A stretch of 64,000 nucleotides of DNA from an uncultured virus (IMG/VR IMGVR_UViG_3300022555_000016) (lineage: Duplodnaviria; Heunggongvirae; Uroviricota; Caudoviricetes). The position numbers were made by a program, and so were the translations under genes. Of the stretch, positions 53,054 through 62,504 are shown in pieces (position 1 is the first letter of the stretch; the number at the start of each line of letters is the position of its first letter). The stretch is from IMG/VR virus record IMGVR_UViG_3300022555_000016, one strand, 5' to 3'. Below the pieces are notes generated by a model. That model searched no databases. It was not told the DNA's origin and saw nothing but the letters and a program-made list of their open reading frames with translations.

Positions 53054-54787
53054 TCAACCGACGTAGTGATTGCCTCTAATTAACCGTGAGTCCTTCTGAA
53101 TCTGAATCTTGAAAGGTGTTGTTAGTACCTTCTTGACCCAGTCTTGGTCAACCGTAGGCAATCCCATACGAGTCTTGAACTTTCTAAGGACGTTTACTGA
53201 GGATTGAACGTCAGAGTGAACATGAATCCCTTTAGCGGTGATATACAAGCCTCGTCGGACCCGTGTACCACTGTAATGAGGACTGGGAGCACCCTTAACA
53301 TAGCATGGAGGGAGATAGTCACCGTCCATAGCAGACCCTTTACTAGTGTGTGATTCATTCTGTAAGTGGACTGTAATACCTACTGCTACGCACTTGTAGG
53401 TTAACATTTCCACGAACCGATTGAAGGGGAGCCTAGTAAAGTTCTTCATACCCTTAGCAAACTGTTTCCAGTCTAGATTCCTACCGATAACTAGGATTAC
53501 GACACCCTTCTCCACGAGCAGCTTCACTAGCGTGCTGGAAACGTTGTGGAGGTAGTGGTCCAGTCTATTTCTAAGCTTATTGTAAGCGGCTTGAATCCTC
53601 TTTGAAGAGTTCTGTGGGACTTTAGAAGTTAGAATCTGACTCAACTCCTGATCGTACTCAGGAGGCTCGGGGTACAATGAATCGTGAGTAGCAAAAGCTT
53701 GCTGAACCATCAAACCTAGCATAAGGTAGTTAAACGGGTTGGACTCAGGGTCTTTCAACTCCCTAAGACGTTTCCTCTTCAACTCTAGCTCTTCTTTAGC
53801 TTTAGTACGTTCGTCTATTAACTGACGTTCCCTAGCCGGTTTAGACCAGTAGAGGTCCCGTTTAAGCTCTTCTATCTGGTAGTAGGACCAAAGTAATAGA
53901 GACTTCAGAATCCAACCGTTAAAGGCTATAGGCTTTGGATTACCTTCGATTACCCCAGCGGCTGTAACGTTTAACCCTAGGTCAAAGCTTGCTATGGCTT
54001 GTAGTTCTTCCTGCTTAGCAGTCCAGTTACCTGTAATCTCTTCGTTGTAGACTACTTCTACGTTGTAACCACCTACTATTGGTATGTAGCGTACTTCCGT
54101 GATTCCAACGTCTCTTAGGACAGGTTTACCCCTGGAATCCTTCTTTATAGCTTGTTTACCGTTAGCGTCGGTAACAACTTGAGGTTGCATGTGGAGGGTG
54201 AAGGGTATTTCCTGTTTAAACTCAGGATTCTTAGGGCAAAGGGTGATGATTCCCTTGGGAGCAATAGACTCTGATAACCTAGCGCCTTTGACCTGTTTCC
54301 TATCAGAATCAATGATCTGACCACCGGACATGGTCTGGTAGGTAAATTTAACAGGCTTACGACTGTCAGTCCTACGGATGTACTTATCACCCTTGAATCC
54401 AGGCGGTTGAGGGCAAGCCTTGTACTTCTTAGGAAACTGTTTCTGGAGTTCCTTGCTTTTAGTCCACTCCCAGAAGTCAAACCAAGCTGCTTCGAAGGAC
54501 TTCCAGTCGTCATGGAGCATCTTAACGGTAGCTTGAGCTACTTTAGCAGGTAACCGTTGGTACTCTAGAGTCGGTTTTAACAGCTTAACTAGCTCTGGTA
54601 GACTAGGAATCCTACGCCGTTGGAAGCCTGGTTTCTTATAGTTGTCTTGGTTGTAATTCCAGATTTCTAGTAGAAGGTGGAGACCTACATGATAGAGTTT
54701 GGAGGACAAAAAGCAAGTACGATCAATACTCCTATCCCAAGGGTGTTTTGGACCTACAAACTGTTTTTGAGTCCTAGTTTCTAACAT
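53054..54787 (-). CDS. tnpB: TnpB-family RNA-guided nuclease, enlarged (577 aa), zinc-finger-less clade
   Basis: RuvC-I FDLGLN; RLDHYLHNVS; LVIGRNLDWKQ; NF..LPF..F..MLTYKC..VGI; NESHTSK; SGTRVRRGLY; RuvC-III HSDVQSSVNVLRK. Confidence 0.9.
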   Translation of the reverse strand: MLETRTQKQFVGPKHPWDRSIDRTCFLSSKLYHVGLHLLLEIWNYNQDNYKKPGFQRRRIPSLPELVKLLKPTLEYQRLPAKVAQATVKMLHDDWKSFEAAWFDFWEWTKSKELQKQFPKKYKACPQPPGFKGDKYIRRTDSRKPVKFTYQTMSGGQIIDSDRKQVKGARLSESIAPKGIITLCPKNPEFKQEIPFTLHMQPQVVTDANGKQAIKKDSRGKPVLRDVGITEVRYIPIVGGYNVEVVYNEEITGNWTAKQEELQAIASFDLGLNVTAAGVIEGNPKPIAFNGWILKSLLLWSYYQIEELKRDLYWSKPARERQLIDERTKAKEELELKRKRLRELKDPESNPFNYLMLGLMVQQAFATHDSLYPEPPEYDQELSQILTSKVPQNSSKRIQAAYNKLRNRLDHYLHNVSSTLVKLLVEKGVVILVIGRNLDWKQFAKGMKNFTRLPFNRFVEMLTYKCVAVGITVHLQNESHTSKGSAMDGDYLPPCYVKGAPSPHYSGTRVRRGLYITAKGIHVHSDVQSSVNVLRKFKTRMGLPTVDQDWVKKVLTTPFKIQIQKDSRLIRGNHYVG

Positions 54788-55136
54788 CTCGTGAGTCCAA
54801 TTTAAAAAGAGTCTAGGAGAAAATTTACAACCAAAATTAAGATTCTGACTCGAGGTGAATCAGAAAAAGATTCTAGAAAGATTCTTACAAAAAACTTAAG
54901 GTTCTTGTAGAAACTAAGTTAAGGTATTCAATACTAGACCCATTAGGTTTTGTCCTTACCTCGATACTTATCCAACAACTTCTTCTCGTCTTCATCAAGG
55001 TGGTCATAAGGAAGACCGCCGGACATGTTGAGTAGAAGATTTTGTAGTTGAGCTTCTTCTGACTCAGGTTCGGACAATAGGGCACAGTTCTGATCAAGCT
55101 CAAGGCCAAAAGTTTCTGACATGACAAACTCCTTTA

Positions 55137-55608
55137 TTACACCAAATATCTGTAACCGCTACAATTAAATCCAAAATTAAGCCACTTTATTTGCTCCTTT
55201 GTTAAAGGAGAAAGTAATTCATTAGTCAATATAACTTTACATTTAATAATTAAAACCATTAGGTTTACGTAACCTTTTCTCTTAACCTTTATGTCCGACA
55301 AGGACCACTCTTCTCCAGTTATCTGGTAATCAGAAACAGATTCAGGAACTATTAGTTGTTTTCTAGTTACGTAGACCGTAGGATTTTCTATTACTTGCCC
55401 CTGACCATACAATAGCTCGCGGATTATAGTTCCGTAGTTTGGTTTTACATGCCCTGTAATAGCGTACAAGCATTGCTTGACAGTAGGACAAAAGCAAACT
55501 CTTCTAGTAACCAAGTCCTCTGGTTTTACTGCGGACCCTGGAATTCGTGCTGACAGAATAGGATTCTCTCCTAAGTCTTTAGAGGATACATGGTATCTAG
55601 TCTTAGCC
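55137..55608 (-). CDS. hypothetical protein, possible ADP-ribosyltransferase-like fold
   Basis: YHVS..ARIP..ED..TRRVCFCPTV..CLYAI..TGEEW. Confidence 0.35.
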
Positions 55609-56835
55609 ATAAAAGTTACCTTCCTTACGATTCTTGATAGCACACCACCAATCAGTTTTATGACGCAAAACACCCCAAGATAAAGCTACCAACTGACCGT
55701 CTACCCAATAAGACTTATAGTTACCAGTAGAAGCCTCTACTTTAACCGTGGGGTAGTGGTGTCTAACATAGTCTAACACCGAGTCAATGCTATTAAGGCG
55801 TTCCTTCTTTCCACCGTTTAACAGTCTCCATCCTACGTTTCCTACCATTACAACCACCTTTTTATAAGAAGTCTACAGGTCAGGCGACATCTTCTATATA
55901 TCTTACCAGCCAACACAGTGTCTGCAACACGACGAGGCCATTCTGTATCACAGGTATTGGTGTCGGCAATAGTTTCAAGAGCTTGGCGACAACGATCTCG
56001 TGCTGCACACAAACCTTCTATCACTGCGTGAGAGGCTTACCTTTTGGGCCAAAAATCTTTCCACACAACTTTAAAAGTTGAAACCTCAACAATCTGTGCA
56101 AAGGCACAATCTGGAAAATGTAGCTTCTTGCGATAGTCCTCAACAAACGTTAAAGCTGACTGAAAATCAGCAAACTTGCCACGAAAAGAGCCCCAACCCC
56201 ACAAACTAGTGTCGGGGCTATCTTCATAACCACCAACAAACACTAAATATTGGTATAGCATGTTACAAACTCCACACCTGAGATCAAGAGTAGACACTGC
56301 TGATCTCTTGATCTCAGGTTTGTTAAACTAGGTTATGTCAAGTCAGGTCTTGGATTTTCCAGCCTGTGGAAACCAAGGTGCGAATTAGAGATTCTTTATT
56401 GCTCACCAACTGAGCTTCAAGCAACTGAGGGCAGCTATCAAAGTCATCCTCGTCGTCGTCATATAGAGAAATGAGGTCATCCTGAGCGGCGATCATTTCA
56501 GAGTTTATAGAGGACGGACCTCTAAACAAAGTTTTGACTAGCAAGGTGTTTGTTGCCAAGTCAAACGTATCCGGGTAGATGGAGAACTTAAGATCGTTAA
56601 TAATAACGTCGATTCCTAGTTGTTCTCCTGACATGAGCCAGCCAGGCAAGTCCACTTCCTTAGACAGAAGTTCAAAGGAAGGGTTCCTATTTTTCTTGAT
56701 GTCCTTCCTATTGGCAAAGAAGACCAAAGGTAGAGACAAGAGGCAGTGTACGTTAGACATAGGTTATATTTCCTTGCAGTGTTTTGTTGAAGGTCCTGAT
56801 CATGACAGAACAAAAACCGAATGTCAAGGGGAAAA

Positions 56836-57078
56836 TTAACACTGACTGAGTTGTCTTTTTTCAAGAGGTAGAGAACGGACAAAACGCTTGATATCTGAGC
56901 GCCAGTTCTGGATTCCCAACCGATCTGACGGAGTTCCTGCTAGGGGAAACTTACGACCGGCGACAATTAAGTGAGTATGCTTTCCTCCATCTTTTAGATC
57001 GTAAGGAATATTGTGCTGAGACAATATCTTCTCAGCTTCACGAACTCTTTCCCGTTCGTGCTTATTAAGAACAATCAT
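56836..57078 (-). CDS. HicA-like dsRBD-fold small protein
   Basis: GGKHTHL....FPLAGTPSDR....N.RSDIKR. Confidence 0.55.
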   Translation of the reverse strand: MIVLNKHERERVREAEKILSQHNIPYDLKDGGKHTHLIVAGRKFPLAGTPSDRLGIQNWRSDIKRFVRSLPLEKRQLSQC

Positions 57079-57126
57079 GATAAAACCTTAGTAAAGCAAT
57101 TAAAGAAATAACTTATCTTGGTAGAC

Positions 57127-57155
57127 AGTTTACCAGACTTAAAAACGAAAGTCAA
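57127..57155 (-). promoter_or_regulatory. sigma70-type promoter
   Basis: TTGACT-17nt-TAAACT. Confidence 0.65.
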
Positions 57156-57228
57156 GAGAAATTTTTCACAAAAAATAAACCTAGTAGACTCTATTAACTA
57201 GAGTCTACTAGGTTGTTAATGAGAAAAG

Positions 57229-58296
57229 TCATGGCTTACTTGGCTTACGCTTCGAGTTAATGTCAACTACGTTAGGAGAAGCAAACTTCTTAACTTTTGG
57301 TTTAGTAGTTAACTTCTTCAACTCAGTCTTAATTGTTGCCAACTCTGTACGGTATCCCTGCATCAAAGCATCAACTTCTGTCTTAAAGGTCTCATGCTTC
57401 TCGGTCAAAACGTTGATTCTCAGTCGTAGATGAGAGTTGGCAGATTGTAACTTACCAAAATCAACAGCTAACTTAAGACAAACATCTAGGTTTGAACGAG
57501 TCATAGTCACAGTCTGGTTTAGATCGTTTGCTAAATCAGCCACCTTAGCAGGAATTGGAGCAGAGAGTTTCTTGACACGTAGCCCCAACTTTTTAGTTCT
57601 AGCGGCTGACTTAGCTACATCGTCCACACAGGTCTCTGTGTCAATTACTGCGTTCGCTACTTGCTCAGCCACAGAAGTCTTAATCTTTGAAGTTACTTCT
57701 GGAGTTAGTTTGTTGAGAAGCTTCATCAGCGTAGGCTCTTGTTCGGCAAGAACCGTCTTAATTACATCCTGAACATCTCCCATAGTCATGTAGCGAGGGT
57801 ACGGCTCAACCTCCTTTGAGTTTGAGTAGGGAGGATGCCACATGTCCTGACGAGGTGGATTGTTAGCGGCGTCAAACTTACCAATTTTACGGATAGAAGG
57901 AAGGACGGTTCCTGTAACCCACTTACGAAACTTGTGCGGCGTCGTACCTGCCGTAGTAGCTAGACGACAACGGAGCGTTAAACTATAGAACCCTGATTCG
58001 TTAATCAAAGTAACCAGTTTAGCACCACTTACCAGACCCTCCGTTGAACCGAGGGTCGAGGCCAACCCATTGATTTTGCTCATTATATCCTGAAATCCAG
58101 GCTCACCGTACTTAACTAGTGAATGCTCATCCTCGTCTAGTTGGTTCTTAGCACTACTGGGATTCTTGATGCCTAGGAACTTGCACACGTCAACCAACTT
58201 AAACCAAGGTTCATCATTCTTAATAAAGACGATTAGTGGGTTACCAGCAAAGTCAAACGTCTGCTTGTCGTACACGGTAGTAGCCTTACTAGTCAT
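57229..58296 (-). CDS. BRO-N domain (antirepressor-like) DNA-binding protein with coiled coil
   Basis: FDFAGN..EPWF..DVCKFLGIKNPS, INESGFYSL, FRKWVTGTVLPSIRKIG; promoter TTGACA-17-TAGGGT at 58352-58380 supports the start at 58296. Confidence 0.88.
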   Translation of the reverse strand: MTSKATTVYDKQTFDFAGNPLIVFIKNDEPWFKLVDVCKFLGIKNPSSAKNQLDEDEHSLVKYGEPGFQDIMSKINGLASTLGSTEGLVSGAKLVTLINESGFYSLTLRCRLATTAGTTPHKFRKWVTGTVLPSIRKIGKFDAANNPPRQDMWHPPYSNSKEVEPYPRYMTMGDVQDVIKTVLAEQEPTLMKLLNKLTPEVTSKIKTSVAEQVANAVIDTETCVDDVAKSAARTKKLGLRVKKLSAPIPAKVADLANDLNQTVTMTRSNLDVCLKLAVDFGKLQSANSHLRLRINVLTEKHETFKTEVDALMQGYRTELATIKTELKKLTTKPKVKKFASPNVVDINSKRKPSKP

Positions 58297-58539
58297 AGTG
58301 AACAACCCTTTCTCAAGGGAGGTCAAGCTGATTCCTGACCTACCGACTATGACCCTACACCCTTCCGAATCCTTTGTCAAGAAAAATCTAAAATTTTTGT
58401 TAATAAGAAAATTTGTCAAGCAAAATCAAAGGTTTGTCTGTCTATGAGAGTTTGATGAATCAAAAAACCCAGTAAACTCTAGTTAAAGAGTTTACTGGGC
58501 TTAAGAGCTACTAAACTACTTAGACAAGCAGACAGCGGT

Positions 58540-59586
58540 CTAGTCCTCTAAACTGTCTTCATTCCTACTACGGAAGTATTTACGTAGAAGGTCACGTAAG
58601 GTTATATTGTTTCCAGATAGTACGGGGAGACCTTGCCAATCGTCTACTAAGTCTACATCAGGATCAAACTTTGAATCAACGATTACGCTTCTACGAGAAA
58701 CATAGCCTCGATGCTTCTTAGAACCATGATGGTTGTGTGCTATAGTACCGGAAATATAGCCTATGTTCTTACGAACGTACTGGCTACATAGCTGTACAAA
58801 CCTAGACAAGCGGCGACGATAACCTGGAGTAATAGTGTCTGGATCAATGAAGTCTACTGAAGAATGATCTAAATTTAACAAACCTGCAAAGGAGAGTGCC
58901 ATGACATAGTCTGCTGCTCCAGTAACACACCAGTCTAAAATGCCAATCTTGTCGTAAATCTCTTTACGAATTGCCCAGGCGTAGCCATAATGACTCTTAG
59001 GAGCTTTAAAGCTATGACCGTAGTCAGCGTTAGGTACTTCCCGAAAGTCCCCGTCTACCCACGCCGCACAGAATGACTTATCTACGGTAGAACCATGCTC
59101 ATTTTGAATAATCTCTCCTTTTGCGGAAAGATCAACTGAATTGGACCAAGGTTGCACGACTGCGTAGTGCTGTAAAGCAGCAATCGTTTTACTAGCCCAC
59201 TGAGCGTCAAGAAATGTCAAGTCAGCATCAATCCAAGCAATGTACTTAGCATCATGAGGGACAGCACGACTAATTCCTACTTTAATTAAAGCCTCTTTTA
59301 ACCAAGTCTCATGGCGTTCATCACCACGCAGTTGGACATGGAAAGGATTAGCAGCGTCAGTTACTTCCCACGGACGATTACCGAAAGCGTGCTCTACACG
59401 AATAACTTGAACGTTAGGTGTAGACTCCAAACGCTCAACACATTGGAGAAATAGAGGAACACGACTTTTCCAACCAACGGGATTAGACAACACGGCGATA
59501 CAGTAAAGTGTGTTTTCTGGGTCTAAACCGCTACGTGGGTCTTTAGGATGACTATAGTGTAAACCAACATTAAGTTTGTTTGACAT
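58540..59586 (-). CDS. GT-A fold glycosyltransferase-like protein
   Basis: WLKEALI..G, YIAWIDADL (DxD), HYGYAWA, GAAD, HNHHGS..R.Y. Confidence 0.65.
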   Translation of the reverse strand: MSNKLNVGLHYSHPKDPRSGLDPENTLYCIAVLSNPVGWKSRVPLFLQCVERLESTPNVQVIRVEHAFGNRPWEVTDAANPFHVQLRGDERHETWLKEALIKVGISRAVPHDAKYIAWIDADLTFLDAQWASKTIAALQHYAVVQPWSNSVDLSAKGEIIQNEHGSTVDKSFCAAWVDGDFREVPNADYGHSFKAPKSHYGYAWAIRKEIYDKIGILDWCVTGAADYVMALSFAGLLNLDHSSVDFIDPDTITPGYRRRLSRFVQLCSQYVRKNIGYISGTIAHNHHGSKKHRGYVSRRSVIVDSKFDPDVDLVDDWQGLPVLSGNNITLRDLLRKYFRSRNEDSLED

Positions 59587-59723
59587 TTCTTGAAACCTTC
59601 TTAAAATTATTAACCTCAGCCCTACGATCAAAATTAAGAACCAATAGTAGTTTTTAAAGACGTTGTTACAAAACGACACAATTTTTCTTAGTTTTACCAC
59701 AATTTTGTAACATTACTACCAGG

Positions 59724-59778
59724 CGTAAAAAGAGTCCAGTAGCACGAAAACTACTGGACTTCAAGGACACATTGACTG
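59724..59778 (-). repeat. composite repeat copy 1: CGTAAAAAGA-hairpin-CACATTGACTG
   Basis: Same flanks as 62191..62249 around a different hairpin (GTCCAGTAG/CTACTGGAC). Confidence 0.6.
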
Positions 59779-59800
59779 GAAGATAGCTAGTAACACTAAA

Positions 59801-60814
59801 CTAAGTTTGTTCTCTAAGTTTTGCAGCGTTTAAGTAGTCAATGGCACGTCTGATTAGTTTAGTCTTGTCTCTAAACTCACCTAACGCTACATTGCATGTG
59901 CGACAAGCGTAGCCTCTAATTAAACCTGTAGTGTGGCAATGTTCAATTTCAAGGTAAGGAACGTCATTACCACAGATAGCGCAAGTGCAGTAAGTAGATG
60001 ATACTTTATCAAGTAACTTTCTTAAGTACCTACCATGAGCTGCGTTGTTTTTACCTTTAAAACCATTCAAAACCGTATGGATCATTAGCCTAACCCTAAT
60101 GGAAAACTTAACGTTCTCTATTACAATTACAGCAATTTTAGACCTTGAAAAGTTAAGCAGCTTACTAATAGTTTTAGTTGACTTGCCAGATTCCCATAAA
60201 CCTATTACTTTTTTAGCAAAGTCTATTTTAATAGCTCTACGTGTAGCACTTCCCTTATCAATACTCTCCTTAAGAGGAGATGCTCTTTTTAAGATATTAT
60301 TAGGAATACTGTTTTTAGTAAGAGCCTTGCTAACAGTATTCACAGAAATATTAAATTTTGCTCCAACTTCAGCCTTGGTAACATTAGGTTCAGAAAGATA
60401 AGCTTTACAGATTTGTTTTTCCAGCTTACCTGTCAACTTCCTAGAATTTGGCCTACCTGCGGCGTTAACTAGTCTAATAACTATACCGTTTTCTTCTAAG
60501 ACTTTCCTTATGGTATGCTTGCTTACCCCGTAGTCTTTAGCAAGTTTAACCAAGTTTTGTAATTTAATATAGTCTTTTGCTATGGCGGCTTCCTCCGCCT
60601 CAGAAAAAACATGCCTACCATTAACCATAGGACGTGTAAACTCTTTTTTACGATCTTTCCTAAACTGCCTACGCTTAACTACCCTTACGCCGTGCTTTGC
60701 CCGCACTTTGCGTACAATATAACCACTAACATTACAAATCTTACCTGCTTCTTTTAAGTTAAAGCAAGAATTATAGGCGTTTATTATAAGAAGCTCATCT
60801 TCTTTGGACAACAT
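59801..60814 (-). CDS. multi-HTH protein with C-terminal endonuclease VII domain
   Basis: About 4 HTH repeats; CAICG..IEHCHTTGLIRGYACRTCNVALG. Confidence 0.85.
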   Translation of the reverse strand: MLSKEDELLIINAYNSCFNLKEAGKICNVSGYIVRKVRAKHGVRVVKRRQFRKDRKKEFTRPMVNGRHVFSEAEEAAIAKDYIKLQNLVKLAKDYGVSKHTIRKVLEENGIVIRLVNAAGRPNSRKLTGKLEKQICKAYLSEPNVTKAEVGAKFNISVNTVSKALTKNSIPNNILKRASPLKESIDKGSATRRAIKIDFAKKVIGLWESGKSTKTISKLLNFSRSKIAVIVIENVKFSIRVRLMIHTVLNGFKGKNNAAHGRYLRKLLDKVSSTYCTCAICGNDVPYLEIEHCHTTGLIRGYACRTCNVALGEFRDKTKLIRRAIDYLNAAKLREQT

Positions 60815-60842
60815 GTGTAAATCCTTTATACTTAAGGTTAAA

Positions 60843-61651
60843 CTAAAGCGGATACTTTAAGTAAAGTATCGCCGATTCCATATAGTCAGTATTGTCTTTA
60901 AGCAGCCCTAATCCCGAGTTGCAACAGTAACATAAGTAACCTCTAATAGCACCACTTACGTGGCAATGATCTATAGTTAAAGATTCTACTTCTCCACAAA
61001 TGTCACACGCTCTAGGTTTAATGTCTAGCATACGTCTTAAGTACTCCTTACTAGATTCATAACTGGTACCTAATAAATTTGTTGTAACGTAAGTTATTAG
61101 GCTTTCAATCTTCTTAGAGAAGTGCCTATTTTCACAAATGTAGTCTGCTACGTTATATATAGGCTTCCTAATGTTAGCAGAAATAGTGTCAATATTAACA
61201 CCTTCATCCCACATAGTTAGTATACTATTAAACGTATCTTTATGCTTACGGACTCTTTCTTTTAAAGCTTCCTCAGAATTAGCGTGTTTTATAGATTCTT
61301 CATGTATAGCTTTACGTTTATTACGTTGAAATTCCGTATTAGTAGGTATTCCAAAGGAATTTAAAATTCTACTAACTGTAGTACAACCAACATTATATTT
61401 AATGGCTAAAGAACTAATGTTAGCGGAGGGAGTTTCATACTCACGACATAAGGCTACTTTTTGCTCATAAGATAAAAAGGTTTTAGACTTACTTTTAATA
61501 ATTGAAGTGTCTAAACAAAAATCTATATCATGTTTCTTAAGCACTTTTTAATCTTATAAACTGTAGTACTAAACCTAACAGCCGTGCCATTTAAGTTTGA
61601 ACTTTTGGTATAGAAATCGACAATGGTTAATTCTTGCTCTTGAGTAAACAT
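60843..61651 (-). CDS. multi-HTH endonuclease VII protein, N-terminal HTH joined via a frameshift at 61545-61549
   Basis: CDICG..IDHCHVSGAIRGYLCYCCNSGLG; upstream ATG 61651 with AGAAGGA RBS encodes MFTQEQELTIVDFY..KIKK out of frame by one nt. Confidence 0.8.
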
Positions 61652-61670
61652 AACTAAAATCCTTCTAGGT

Positions 61671-62084
61671 TTACAGTTTGCGTTGAAGTTCAATGAACGC
61701 TAGAATCTCTTTAACGGAGGAGGAACCTACTGTAGCAATGAAACAATTCTTGGTCCACATGCAAGGGATTCGACTCTTTAGGTCAGGAAACTTGGACCGT
61801 AGAATCCTAGCTGAACCATCTTTGATCTTATCAACTATAGACATAATAGTTACGGTTGGGGGTATGTCTACTACTACGTGAACATGGTCGTCTGTAATCT
61901 CCACTCCCAATAACACGTAACCAAACTCTACTTGTTTGTCTCTAATGAATCCCTTTAATACTGTAGAAATACCGTCAACCAAGACATGACGACGATACTT
62001 GGGGCAGAACACTATGTGGTACTGACAGGAGAAAACCTTGTTGTTTTCCTTACGGTAGGCTTTCTTGGGAGGCTTTACCAACAT
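61671..62084 (-). CDS. tnpA: IS200/IS605 TnpA homolog, catalytic Tyr replaced by Phe
   Basis: VFSCQYHIVFCPKYRR, intact DDHVH, IKDGSARILR, MWTKNCFIATVG, FIELQ instead of YIxxQ. Confidence 0.92.
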   Translation of the reverse strand: MLVKPPKKAYRKENNKVFSCQYHIVFCPKYRRHVLVDGISTVLKGFIRDKQVEFGYVLLGVEITDDHVHVVVDIPPTVTIMSIVDKIKDGSARILRSKFPDLKSRIPCMWTKNCFIATVGSSSVKEILAFIELQRKL

Positions 62085-62190
62085 TTTAGAATATTCCTTA
62101 TAAGTAGACTCTTAGTTTAACATAGCTCCTATCTTAAAATTAGATTATTACCAAATTTTAAAGGCTGATAGTAAAAGAAAATTTTACTCT

Positions 62191-62249
62191 CGTAAAAAGA
62201 CAAAAGCCTTAGGAGATTATCTCCTAAGGCTTTAAGATCACATTGACTG
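62191..62249 (-). repeat. composite repeat copy 2 / terminator after hfq
   Basis: CGTAAAAAGA-CA-AAAGCCTTAGGAGA/TCTCCTAAGGCTTT-AAGAT-CACATTGACTG. Confidence 0.6.
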
Positions 62250-62303
62250 AGTCATAGTAGATAAACTGATGATAGTAAGTTACTAGAGAAGTTGAATAAC
62301 GTC

Positions 62304-62504
62304 TCAGTTACTCGCGCTACACGGTAGTACTGTCGATACAGCTTGGATGAATACTATTTGCTCAATACCTCTCCCAAATAGCTTGATAACTTTAGCATCA
62401 AATGCGGTGATCTGACCTTGAAGCTTAATTCCACTATTTAGGAAGATTGTGACTTCGGCTCTACGAGCTACCAAATCAGACAGAAAATCTTCTTGTACAG
62501 ACAT
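62304..62504 (-). CDS. hfq: Hfq-family Sm protein
   Basis: VQEDFL..VTIFLNSGIKLQGQITAFD..EQIVFIQAVSTVLP; start at ATG 62504. Confidence 0.9.
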   Translation of the reverse strand: MSVQEDFLSDLVARRAEVTIFLNSGIKLQGQITAFDAKVIKLFGRGIEQIVFIQAVSTVLPCSASN

